From Candidatus Tayloriibacteriota bacterium (GTDB taxonomy: Bacteria; Patescibacteriota; Minisyncoccia; Phycocordibacterales; PALSA-1337), in NCBI GenBank assembly GCA_016215455.1, contig JACRJP010000004.1, positions 91,787 to 155,786 of the forward strand: DNA of 64,000 bases. The letters run 5' to 3'. Below the pieces are notes generated by a model. That model saw nothing but the letters and a program-made list of their open reading frames with translations. It did no database searches and was not told the DNA's origin. Below, one piece after another: positions 39,460-48,424 of this stretch. Each line of letters starts with the position of its first letter. Within the stretch, counting starts at the first letter, position 1. A program made the position numbers and the translations under genes.

Positions 39460-39705
39460 TTATATATCTTCAGGTGTATCGATACTAATAATTTTTGATG
39501 GAGAATGATGTCCGCTTACAATTCTCAATCGAGTGTTTGGATATCTTTCACGAAATAGTTCAAGGATGCGAGCGTTTGCACGATTTTGCTCTGCCGGTTC
39601 TCGTACCGACACTTTATAGTGGTCAGAGGTAATCTGTTCAACAACCTCCTCTTTAGCTTGAGTAATAGCTCGAACCTTGATGTACATACACCTATTATAC
39701 CCCAC
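39460..39705 (-). CDS. DUF167/YggU-family protein
   Basis: 81 aa with the ...KVSVREPAEQNRANARILELF...IVSGHHSPSKII pattern. Confidence 0.55.
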   Translation of the reverse strand: MGYNRCMYIKVRAITQAKEEVVEQITSDHYKVSVREPAEQNRANARILELFRERYPNTRLRIVSGHHSPSKIISIDTPEDI

Positions 39706-39768
39706 CCATCTTGTACCGCTTCACTTTTTACTAAAATTTGTTATGATAGCGCTGTGCTTGAATACATT

Positions 39769-39844
39769 CCGCGGTAGCTCAGTTGGTAGAGCAATCCCCT
39801 GTTAAGGGATGGGTCCTAGGTTCGAGCCCTAGCCGCGGAGCCAA
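39769..39844 (+). tRNA. tRNA-Asn (anticodon GTT), CCA encoded
   Basis: TCCGCGG acceptor, GCTC/GAGC D-stem, anticodon loop CTGTTAA, T-loop TTCGAGC, 3' GCCA. Confidence 0.9.
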
Positions 39845-39928
39845 CGAAAAAGACTTGATTTATTCAGGTCTTTTTCTATATACCCAGACTAGTTTCGAAC
39901 TTTTTGATATACTATTAACAAAAATGAC

Positions 39929-40420
39929 ATGTCAAAACTTCAATTAGAAATTGAACGAAAGTTTCTTCTCTCAAAACTCCCTGATGTTAGTGCAATTACA
40001 GCGATTCCCTACGAACGCTATTTCTTAGAACGAACTAAAGAAGTCGAGGTTCGTATTCAGAGAAAAGGAAATATCTTCACGTATCAGAGAAAAGTAGAGG
40101 TACCAGGAATTGGAAGAGAACGTTCCGAAGACCACGAAATCTCTGAGGAAGAATTCAATAAGCTCAAAATCACAGCTTCAAAAGCAATTCTTCGCACTCG
40201 ATACGATCTCTCCCCCATGATCGCCATTCAGGTATATCATGGAGACCATGAAGGACTCATTCGCTACGAAGTTGAGTTCCCGACATCAGAAGATGCTACA
40301 AAATTTCAACCAGAGCCATGGATGGGAAAAGAAATTACCGATTCACCCTTGGGCCGTGATGGTAAACTTCTAGATCTTAGCCCAGAACAATTTACCGCCG
40401 AACTAGCAAGATATTCTTAG
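39929..40420 (+). CDS. CYTH-domain protein (CyaB/thiamine-triphosphatase-like)
   Basis: Hallmark N-terminal EIERKFLL and downstream acidic motifs. Confidence 0.7.
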   Translation: MSKLQLEIERKFLLSKLPDVSAITAIPYERYFLERTKEVEVRIQRKGNIFTYQRKVEVPGIGRERSEDHEISEEEFNKLKITASKAILRTRYDLSPMIAIQVYHGDHEGLIRYEVEFPTSEDATKFQPEPWMGKEITDSPLGRDGKLLDLSPEQFTAELARYS

Positions 40421-40427
40421 TCTTTTA

Positions 40428-40596
40428 TGTGTGTACATTTGAATGTTGTAAACTGTGTAAGTGACATAAGATAATTCACTTCTTTTTTCATTACATCAAT
40501 ATCTTCTACCACCTCACTCCACTCAAAAGTTCGAAACGCGTGTAGCCAAGCGAGCTCGTAAAAAATCACCTTACAATTAAGGTGATTTTTTATTGG
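40428..40596 (+). repeat. intergenic repeat element copy A ending in a terminator hairpin (40561-40590)
   Basis: Shares TGTGyACATkTGAA..., ACCACCTC..TCAAArGTTCGrAAAC and a terminal AAAATCAyCTTAC-loop-GTAAGrTGATTTTT hairpin with copy B. Confidence 0.5.
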
Positions 40597-40648
40597 CTCA
40601 TTTAAATTTTCCCAAACTGTTTAGTTGTGATCGAAACACTATCACTTT

Positions 40649-40677
40649 TTGACATAATATGATTATCGTGTTAATTT
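40649..40677 (+). promoter_or_regulatory. sigma70-like promoter (TTGACA-N17-TGtTAATTT)
   Basis: TTGACA at 40649-54, spacer 17, GTGTTAATTT. Nearly identical to the 29638 promoter. Confidence 0.5.
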
Positions 40678-40705
40678 GCTTTTAGATCCTCAACCTCGAA
40701 ATCAA

Positions 40706-41491
40706 ATGAAGACCCCTCTCGTTCTCGCCGCGCTATGCACCCTTTTCGTCGTCAGTTCCTGCTCCCCCAAAAAGGAAGAACTAGCAACACGCTCGGACAA
40801 CACCCAGCCAAACATGGTCGTAATTAGCATCGACTCGACTAGTGCATTTGTCCATCCTCAGAATCTCTACGCATGGCTTGATGCTCATAGACCTGAACAA
40901 GTCTACGTCGGACAAATAAACCTACTTAAGATAGGGACAAACTCATACGCGGTCACAGCACCCCATGTGATGACCTCACCATTACTTCAGTTCCCCTTTC
41001 CTAACTCAGAAGAGCTTGGTCAGTGGACGAACTCCGCAGATGGACGTGAAATTTCATTTGCCCAGCTGCGCGATTGGAAAAAGTTTGGTTTCAGTGTTGA
41101 GCCTGTCGAAGCACAGGCGCCGACAATCAACGCACCCGCTTCAATCAAGACGACGATGTTCGTCAGTGCAGAAGAAGGTGTTCGAGACATGGATATGCCA
41201 GGGACACTCAAAATACTTTCTTCTCCTGAACACATCAAACTCTTAGGCGAGACGATGGATCCGGGATCAGCTTTTACAGATCGTCTTCTGAGAAGGGCGC
41301 CGACCAAGCCAGTTCTGGCAATGATCATCCCTGAACAGTATCGAAGATTTTTGCGAGGAAGCTCAGGAGCATTCGTGTGGCAAAACGGGCATCCTGTTGG
41401 AGTGTTCGTCGCGGCATATTTCAATGAAGGAATGCCACCCGTGACCTACATTGAACCCCTGCTTGATTCTGTGGCTGTGACAAAACCCTAA
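40706..41491 (+). CDS. lipoprotein (hypothetical, G+C-rich)
   Basis: Signal peptide with lipobox LFVVSSC. ATG at 40706 chosen because the track start 40676 lies inside the promoter. Confidence 0.5.
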   Translation: MKTPLVLAALCTLFVVSSCSPKKEELATRSDNTQPNMVVISIDSTSAFVHPQNLYAWLDAHRPEQVYVGQINLLKIGTNSYAVTAPHVMTSPLLQFPFPNSEELGQWTNSADGREISFAQLRDWKKFGFSVEPVEAQAPTINAPASIKTTMFVSAEEGVRDMDMPGTLKILSSPEHIKLLGETMDPGSAFTDRLLRRAPTKPVLAMIIPEQYRRFLRGSSGAFVWQNGHPVGVFVAAYFNEGMPPVTYIEPLLDSVAVTKP

Positions 41492-41518
41492 CCCCGTCAA
41501 TCGACGGATTTTTTATTT

Positions 41519-41625
41519 TTGTGCACATGTGAACGATATAAGATACTTCACCACCACCTCCATTCAAAGGTTCGGAAACACATGTGCACAAAATCATCTT
41601 ACTTAATTGTAGGATGATTTTTAGT
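41519..41625 (+). repeat. intergenic repeat element copy B ending in a terminator hairpin (41591-41622)
   Basis: See copy A. Confidence 0.5.
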
Positions 41626-41649
41626 TGACCAGAACAATACTAGAATTTA

Positions 41650-41677
41650 TTGACATCTATATCCCAAGATGTAATCT
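41650..41677 (+). promoter_or_regulatory. sigma70-like promoter (TTGACA-N16-TAATCT)
   Basis: TTGACA at 41650-55, TAATCT at 41672-77. Confidence 0.45.
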
Positions 41678-41798
41678 TAAAAATAGAAAACTAGTTTAGG
41701 CTGAACCAATGAGTGCATTTTAATAAAGTGCTTTCATTGGTTCAGCACTAGACAGTGGAATGCAGTCCACAACATAAAAGGAGGACTTCTCTGCACGG

Positions 41799-41915
41799 AT
41801 GTCCAAAAGGATACCTTTGTGTTCAAAAAAGTGTCTACGGCGCGAAGCGGTTGCAGGCTCATGCTCTGTGACGTCACTACCCAAATCCTTTGACGTACCG
41901 ATGATGTAATCGTTG
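41799..41915 (+). CDS. candidate 38-aa Cys-containing micro-ORF
   Basis: ATG 13 nt after the strong SD AAAAGGAGGA. Downstream of the promoter and a 13-bp inverted-repeat hairpin. May instead be non-coding. Confidence 0.2.
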
Positions 41916-42116
41916 GTAATAGTTGGGAGGCAAAGACAAGAAAGCCTTAATTTCTTGGAGAGTGGAGAACTGTCGCAAGAGGTACACTCCCATACTCGAT
42001 GCTCAGCATGAAATGGCTGGGCAATTTTTATATCTGATACTCACAAGCACATCCTGAAAATTTAATTGGCTGGACTAAGACTAAAAACAATTTCAAACTT
42101 TGGTATAATAAACGAC

Positions 42117-42518
42117 ATGAAAATTGATCCTCGACTTCACCACTACTGTCAGAATATAACAAAAGGAAATCTTGATACGGTTGTTGAAATGTACCAACTT
42201 CTCAATTTCAAAGTAGTCTACACTCCCCCAAACGGCGATTGGATCATGGTAGGTCAAGATCAACTTCGTTTTGCTATTCAAATAACTCAAGTGGAAGATA
42301 CACCCATTGTTGATATTGATATAAAAAGACGAACTCATATCGCTTTCCTCTCGGATAATCCTCAAGAAGTTATTTCAAAAGTTGAAGCTTGGGCAAACAA
42401 TAAAAATATCAAATTCAGACAAGGTGGATGGTCCGATAAAGAAAAATACTTTGACCTACCTGATATTTTCGTCAACTTTGTAGTTGAGGTGATGCACACA
42501 TCTATTGAAGAAAAATAG
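42117..42518 (+). CDS. hypothetical protein, possibly VOC/glyoxalase-like
   Basis: ATG at 42117 preceded by a TATAAT box. Weak beta-alpha-beta-beta-beta pattern only. Confidence 0.35.
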   Translation: MKIDPRLHHYCQNITKGNLDTVVEMYQLLNFKVVYTPPNGDWIMVGQDQLRFAIQITQVEDTPIVDIDIKRRTHIAFLSDNPQEVISKVEAWANNKNIKFRQGGWSDKEKYFDLPDIFVNFVVEVMHTSIEEK

Positions 42519-42555
42519 TAAATTTATTTCAAAAAAGCATAGAACAATTTAAAGA

Positions 42556-44082
42556 TTAATTAGATTTATTGTACTTAGAATTATTAAGGACTTTCCAGAT
42601 CTCAACCATAGCTAAAGTATCCAAATGGCAATAATCCTTAAGTGCCTGTATTTTCATATCTCTTTCCTCTTTGGAATATTCCCCTGAAACAATTCGATTC
42701 CATGTATCTGAAGCTGTACCACCTTCTTGGATATGCATATTTTTATAAGACAAATGTGGTACTAATGCTGGTAGAACATATTTAATTGAAGCGCTTCCCT
42801 TAAATTTAGGATGATCATACATTGTGGTCTTTCCGAAAAACGGAATAATCAAATCTACCACTCGATCATTAACCTCCTCCATGAAAGCTTTATATTCTGG
42901 TAAACCTTCCCCAAGCTGTTCATTGATACTTTTTTCAAACCTCTGACTCCACACGATCACACTACCTATTTTAGGGAGATGTTTTTGCAATGCTTCAGCA
43001 AAATATTTATCGGGACAACCCTGTTCTGTATAGATAAAATCACAATGTGTTAATTCATCGCCATATGAGTTAATGACATGGAGTGAAAATTGAAATGGAA
43101 TCTGTTGATATGGTTTGTGTCCGCTATATTTAGGTATTGCAGATGGGTATGTTTCGTAATCAAGGAAAGCCAAGGGGTATTTCATTGTTTCTAAAAACTC
43201 TGAAATACCAGCACTATCGATATATTCTTTATCCGATTGCGCTGTGTCTACCTGTCTTCGCTGATTATCTGATAATTCAAAGTCGCTAGGCACATCGTGA
43301 ATACTTAGAATATTATTATCTACAAGCTCTGTGAGTTTCTTCTTAGTTATTCTAGCTATTGCATGGACCGGATATTCAGGCAGGTCGGGATTAGAATATT
43401 CTGAAGTGGTGCAATGAGAATTCCATCCTTTAAGAATGCAGTCACAGTGGCCAGCTGGCTCTTTGTCACTTACAAGTAGCTCATACACACCTTCCATCTT
43501 TTGTTTTACTTCCTCAAGTTTTTCATTCGCCTGATTAGTAACATCCTCGATTATAAAAAGTCCCTTGAGATTAATATCTCCAATTCGAACATACTCCTTG
43601 TTGAGCCGAATAAGATTGAGTGTTCCTATTTCAATACCGAGATCATTTAAAATGTTCTTCTGAAAGGCGATGTCGATTAAGTAATCTTCTGTTTTACGAC
43701 CACCGCCTTCCTCAGAAGATGTTGATGATTTAACCTCATACAAATCGTAGAGGTTTGTGGCACTATTCCATACAAAAATATCTGAAGCTGTTATAAACTT
43801 TTCAGTAGAAAATACCGGCTGATAAATGACAGCTGTTTTGTCTGTCATAAGCTTTTTAGTTTGCTCTGTGTCATCTCGAGACTCGACAAGTACCCCATTA
43901 GGAAAGAGACCTCTAGCTAGCTCGTCAATTTGGTTACCCGTATCAATGATATTCAACTCAAAAGAAGAAAGTGGATACTTCCTATAAATATCTGGTTTAT
44001 GAATCTTGAGCCATGCATTCTTAGCGCAATCGAGGCATGTTAGGAAATTAGTTTTTGAGAGGAGGGTCATAGGAATTACCAA
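42556..44082 (-). CDS. DUF2779-family protein (predicted Cas4-like PD-(D/E)xK nuclease N-terminal half + RNase H-like exonuclease C-terminal half)
   Basis: C-terminal motifs LAFLDYETYPSAIP and YQQIPFQFSLH. N-terminal Cys cluster C..C ... GHCDCILKGWNSHC. Last gene of the RM-linked operon. Confidence 0.6.
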   Translation of the reverse strand: MVIPMTLLSKTNFLTCLDCAKNAWLKIHKPDIYRKYPLSSFELNIIDTGNQIDELARGLFPNGVLVESRDDTEQTKKLMTDKTAVIYQPVFSTEKFITASDIFVWNSATNLYDLYEVKSSTSSEEGGGRKTEDYLIDIAFQKNILNDLGIEIGTLNLIRLNKEYVRIGDINLKGLFIIEDVTNQANEKLEEVKQKMEGVYELLVSDKEPAGHCDCILKGWNSHCTTSEYSNPDLPEYPVHAIARITKKKLTELVDNNILSIHDVPSDFELSDNQRRQVDTAQSDKEYIDSAGISEFLETMKYPLAFLDYETYPSAIPKYSGHKPYQQIPFQFSLHVINSYGDELTHCDFIYTEQGCPDKYFAEALQKHLPKIGSVIVWSQRFEKSINEQLGEGLPEYKAFMEEVNDRVVDLIIPFFGKTTMYDHPKFKGSASIKYVLPALVPHLSYKNMHIQEGGTASDTWNRIVSGEYSKEERDMKIQALKDYCHLDTLAMVEIWKVLNNSKYNKSN

Positions 44083-44396
44083 TTTCTTGGAATAACCGGA
44101 GGTTCTTTCGGATTCACAAGTCTAGTAATTTCTCTTCCATCAAATGATTCTTTTAAGACCTCAACGCTAGATATATTGCTTAGGTATGTTGAAACAACAT
44201 GCGCCCCGTGTGGAACATGAATATCTGCATATCCCAAAAGAAAGTCTTCTTCGTGGTAATGATTCTTCTTCTTTTTTGGAAAAATATCATATGGGGCAAT
44301 ATCGCGAGTTACAAATTCTCCCGTTGTTTCCTTTTGAAAATTAATCCTGATCATTTGTTGAGATTGGATGGCTGAGATTATAATTTGTTTGTGCAT
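44076..44396 (-). CDS. hypothetical protein (106 aa) within the defense operon
   Basis: Overlaps the downstream gene by 7 nt and lies 3 nt from the upstream gene; no recognisable domain. Confidence 0.4.
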   Translation of the reverse strand: MHKQIIISAIQSQQMIRINFQKETTGEFVTRDIAPYDIFPKKKKNHYHEEDFLLGYADIHVPHGAHVVSTYLSNISSVEVLKESFDGREITRLVNPKEPPVIPRNW

Positions 44397-44399
44397 AAA

Positions 44400-45371
44400 T
44401 TATTTTTTTAAGTATTTCTTATAAGCTTCAATTATACTCTCAGCATAAGTGTGTTTATCGGATATTTTCATAGGAAATATATTACTAAAAGTACTCCAAT
44501 CGAATGAAACTTCTTTATTGACCTTAATAGCTTTCATAAAATTATTGAAGTTTTTACGATTATACCCCTGAATATCTCTTACAACTTTAAGTACGTCTTT
44601 GTGGTGATATTTATATTTTGCTAATGCCTCTGTGATTTCTGGTATTCTAACACTTCTTCCCTCATCTGATAGATTAACACCCTGACTCAATGAAATTTTA
44701 TCGTTGGATTGATTATTAATCCCAACAACCATATCAGAATCCTTTATTCTTTTTACATTTTCCAATAAAACCTTAACATTAACTAAAACGCCTTTATTCT
44801 CTTTTAATTGGACTTGCTTTGAATGTACCTCAATCACTTTTTTCATATAACTTTTAACCTCTGACGAAGCATTTTTTAATGAAGAAGTATTTTCAATAAA
44901 ATCAAAATCGGTATATGGTATCTCCGTTGCAACAGGTAAGATATACCAACTTTTATCTTTAATAAGGCTCTTACTAAAATATTTCTGGATAAAATCTTTA
45001 AAGAGGATAATATTTGATTGAATGAGCATATAATCTACTAAATCAAGTCCTTTGTGATAGTGAACGATTTTACATCTTTCTTTATATAGTAATTTTGTAC
45101 TTTGATACCAGTCATCACTATATCTATTACCCAGATTACTCTTGACACATTCAAGACATTCGTCAAAAGGTTTGCTTTCGTCTTTTTTTCTATTATAAAT
45201 CTTTGCCCATTTTTTATTTATAATTAATGCCTTCAAAGCATTTTCCCAAGAATTGACAATCAGAATAACTACGGATTCTGTTCTGTATTTTATTAAAGGC
45301 TTATTGTAGAGTTCAATTGCAAGTGTAATCGATTCTATAGATTTTGATAACAAATTTTCTGAAATAGTCAT
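44400..45371 (-). CDS. hypothetical protein with HEPN-like Rx4H motif
   Basis: 323 aa, very K/N/I-rich, with KERCKIVHYH (R-x4-H). 4-nt overlap with the RM gene stop. Confidence 0.45.
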   Translation of the reverse strand: MTISENLLSKSIESITLAIELYNKPLIKYRTESVVILIVNSWENALKALIINKKWAKIYNRKKDESKPFDECLECVKSNLGNRYSDDWYQSTKLLYKERCKIVHYHKGLDLVDYMLIQSNIILFKDFIQKYFSKSLIKDKSWYILPVATEIPYTDFDFIENTSSLKNASSEVKSYMKKVIEVHSKQVQLKENKGVLVNVKVLLENVKRIKDSDMVVGINNQSNDKISLSQGVNLSDEGRSVRIPEITEALAKYKYHHKDVLKVVRDIQGYNRKNFNNFMKAIKVNKEVSFDWSTFSNIFPMKISDKHTYAESIIEAYKKYLKK

Positions 45372-48300
45372 AAAATATTATCTATTTCTTTCATGGTTTT
45401 TTCAGTTTCCACAAGAGCAACAATCATCTTCTGATAATGTTCTAGATCTTCACTTGAAAGAAGTCTGTCACGTCTATCTTTAAGCCATTTTTGAGCAGGC
45501 TGATATCCGCCAATATAGAAATTCCAAGCAATTTTTGGAACGCCACCAAAATATTGCTTTTCATTTATATAAACCTTACCATCTTTATATTTCGGATATT
45601 TTGCTTCAACAGTATCGCTTCCTGCTTCGGGAAATGTCGTGAGGAGGTTTTTGAGTTTTGGTGATTCCAAAAGGTGAAACTCGCGCAATTCCCTACCCAA
45701 AATAACAAGTGCTTTAAATGAGGCTACGTCCTTCGGGTACGGCACTCGAGGAAAATCAATTTTAAGAAATTCTTTGTATTTTTCTCGATAACTTGGTGAG
45801 TGTAGAACTGCGTAAATATAGTCGAGGATATCTTCAGGGATGATTTTTCCAACAGTTTTTTCTATTTCTTCAATAATTTCTTTATTTAGATTTGGAACTT
45901 TTGACCCATCTTCAGCATAAAGATAAAGTGGGTAAATTTGTTCTGCACCCAGCATGCCAGGTCTTGACCACGATCTTCTATCAATGATGTATTTGGTAAT
46001 AAAACAAGGAGCAGATTCTTCTTGAACAAAGCCTCGTTTTGCAATAAATCCTAGGTTATCTTTAAGCATGTGTCTCATTACTTCAGACCTTGGGCGAGAA
46101 AAAACGCCCTCGCTTTTTAATGAGTATAGTGTATGTCTAACATCGAAAGGTCGATAGAGTATTTCTGAGGAATCAGCAACAATATTTTTAATATCATTCC
46201 TAACAGCGGTCACCTGTTTCTTTTCTACATTATTTCTTTGAGTTATTTCTTCATCTGTTTTTGTTTGAAAGGATTCACGCAACTCATTAATTTCTCTCGT
46301 TGAGAACTTAATCAAAAGATCATCTTTTGCTGAAGTAGCTCCTGAAGAGTGTATGGGAAATAAATTTGAAACAGAAAATCCCTTATTATAATTTCCTTCG
46401 CCTGAAAAATCTTTAGGTGTAAAAAAGTAGTTAGGATGAACACACTTAAGAAAATTCCATTTGAAGTTCTCTAGACTGCCTTTGTTAAGTGACTCAAACT
46501 TATCTTCTCGCTTACCATACAGATCTTTATGGTACACCTCCCCCAACCCTTTCTTCTTTCCTTCATTCTTGACAAAGATATCTATCGAAACTCCCTGCAT
46601 GATATTAAACACATTTTCATCCCTACCACCATCAGGAGCTTTTTCTTTTTTCTTTGAATTTCCATGTAAATTAACAATATAGATTGAATCAAAAGTCTCT
46701 AGTAGATGTTTTCTCATCTGCCGGTGGGTAACACCGTCGATGAAGGAGTTGTTTGTGATCATCGCTACAATACCGCTTCCGTTCTTTTCAATCAGACTCT
46801 CAGATAATCGAATAAATTTTATATAGTCATCAGAAAGTTGTTGTATATTTTTTTCATTCAAATCCTTTTTATACTCTTTAATCAAATCCTGTATCCATTC
46901 TCCCTTATTCTGAGAACTGACGCTATACGGCGGATTCCCCATTACCACCATGATCGGTAACTCATTCTTTACCTTATTCGCCTGATTAGATTCCTCTGTG
47001 ATAGCCTTTCCGAGCCCGATGTCGAAAAGTGTTTTTTCTTCAATTTCAGCTTTTTCTAGAGAGTTTGTCAGATATACACCAAGACGAGTATTTTCTATTT
47101 TTGCACCAGTCTCAGCAATCGTCGAGGAAAGCTTGAGATGTGCAATCGTATACGATGCCATCATCAACTCGAAACCATGCATGCGTAGCAGGAGATCTGC
47201 ATTCACGTACGAAGACCAACGACCTTCCTGTCCCTCGAAAGATTTCTTAATGTGAAGTATAACTTCATTGAGGAATGTACCTGTACCTGTAGCTGGGTCG
47301 AGAATCTGAACCCTATGAATCGGCACTTTATGTCGCTTACCTTGGATCTCTTTGAGAATATCTATTTTTGACGCATCAGCTAGACCTTGTGGTAGATCAA
47401 ACTCTTTTTTCAAAATGTCATCTACTGTTCGAACAATAAATCGGACCACTGGTAGAGGTGTATAGAACACGCCCATTTTCTTACGTTCAACTGAATCATA
47501 TTCTTGAAGGAAGTCTTCATAGAAGTGAATGATGGGGTCACGACTGCTGTCCTTATCAACTTTGTAGTAATTATGAACAATGGCTTGCACATCAGCGTGA
47601 TTAAACTCCTCACAGAGTTCATTCACAATATATTCGATACGTGGATCAAATGAAGATCCGGCTATGTGGTCAAAGAAGTGACGTAGAAATGGATTTGAGG
47701 CAGGAACAAGGTCTCGTGCTTCTTGGCGTGAGAAATTGTCTGTTGTTTTATCATAGTACCTTGCTACAAAGAGACCGTAGACAATTGTCTGAGCGTACAT
47801 GTCAGCAAACTTTGCATGATCAAGATCAGCAAGGAGAAGTTTCTTGATAACCTCATATACACCGAGCAAGTTTTCATTCTTAGGATTCTTTTCATCTTCA
47901 AGAAACTTCTTTACGTTATCTCGAATACGACGAGCCTTACCAGCCATAACTTTTGAGAGCACAGTACCGGATTTGATCGGCTCTTTAGATTCTTTTATGA
48001 AATCTCCAATTGTATCGGCTAAAAGTTGAAACGGACCCTCAAAAGGTTCCACACTGTCTTTGTGTAGCTTTCCAACAATGATTGGATCACTGTAGCGAAT
48101 CCCATTTCTGAAAAAGCGAAAATCAAGACCATTGGTGAGTATAATGTTCGAATAGCCGTAGTAGCGAGTCATCTGCTCACTTTTCTCTATCTCATCAAGC
48201 GAGACATTAATATCTTTTGCCTCTGCATAAGCAATAACAGTCTTTCCTTTGAGAAACACGAAGTCAGGAGCACCATGCTCGCTACGTTTAGGCTCATTGA

Positions 48301-48424
48301 TTACATTCAATCCCGTTGTCTGTTCAAAAAGCTCCTTGAGAGCGGGACGGTAAGAGTGTTCACGTGCATGTCCGCTACTGTAGGTCTCTATTACTTTTTG
48401 AATGAATGTTGCAACTGGAGTCAT
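45368..48424 (-). CDS. Type IIG restriction-modification enzyme (fused PD-ExK endonuclease + gamma-class N6-adenine DNA methyltransferase + C-terminal TRD)
   Basis: N-terminal nuclease motif APDFVF...IAYAEAK. MTase motif I ILDPATGTGTFL and motif IV NPPYS. ATG at 48424 preferred over the GTG-initiated extension to 48520. Confidence 0.8.
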   Translation of the reverse strand: MTPVATFIQKVIETYSSGHAREHSYRPALKELFEQTTGLNVINEPKRSEHGAPDFVFLKGKTVIAYAEAKDINVSLDEIEKSEQMTRYYGYSNIILTNGLDFRFFRNGIRYSDPIIVGKLHKDSVEPFEGPFQLLADTIGDFIKESKEPIKSGTVLSKVMAGKARRIRDNVKKFLEDEKNPKNENLLGVYEVIKKLLLADLDHAKFADMYAQTIVYGLFVARYYDKTTDNFSRQEARDLVPASNPFLRHFFDHIAGSSFDPRIEYIVNELCEEFNHADVQAIVHNYYKVDKDSSRDPIIHFYEDFLQEYDSVERKKMGVFYTPLPVVRFIVRTVDDILKKEFDLPQGLADASKIDILKEIQGKRHKVPIHRVQILDPATGTGTFLNEVILHIKKSFEGQEGRWSSYVNADLLLRMHGFELMMASYTIAHLKLSSTIAETGAKIENTRLGVYLTNSLEKAEIEEKTLFDIGLGKAITEESNQANKVKNELPIMVVMGNPPYSVSSQNKGEWIQDLIKEYKKDLNEKNIQQLSDDYIKFIRLSESLIEKNGSGIVAMITNNSFIDGVTHRQMRKHLLETFDSIYIVNLHGNSKKKEKAPDGGRDENVFNIMQGVSIDIFVKNEGKKKGLGEVYHKDLYGKREDKFESLNKGSLENFKWNFLKCVHPNYFFTPKDFSGEGNYNKGFSVSNLFPIHSSGATSAKDDLLIKFSTREINELRESFQTKTDEEITQRNNVEKKQVTAVRNDIKNIVADSSEILYRPFDVRHTLYSLKSEGVFSRPRSEVMRHMLKDNLGFIAKRGFVQEESAPCFITKYIIDRRSWSRPGMLGAEQIYPLYLYAEDGSKVPNLNKEIIEEIEKTVGKIIPEDILDYIYAVLHSPSYREKYKEFLKIDFPRVPYPKDVASFKALVILGRELREFHLLESPKLKNLLTTFPEAGSDTVEAKYPKYKDGKVYINEKQYFGGVPKIAWNFYIGGYQPAQKWLKDRRDRLLSSEDLEHYQKMIVALVETEKTMKEIDNIL

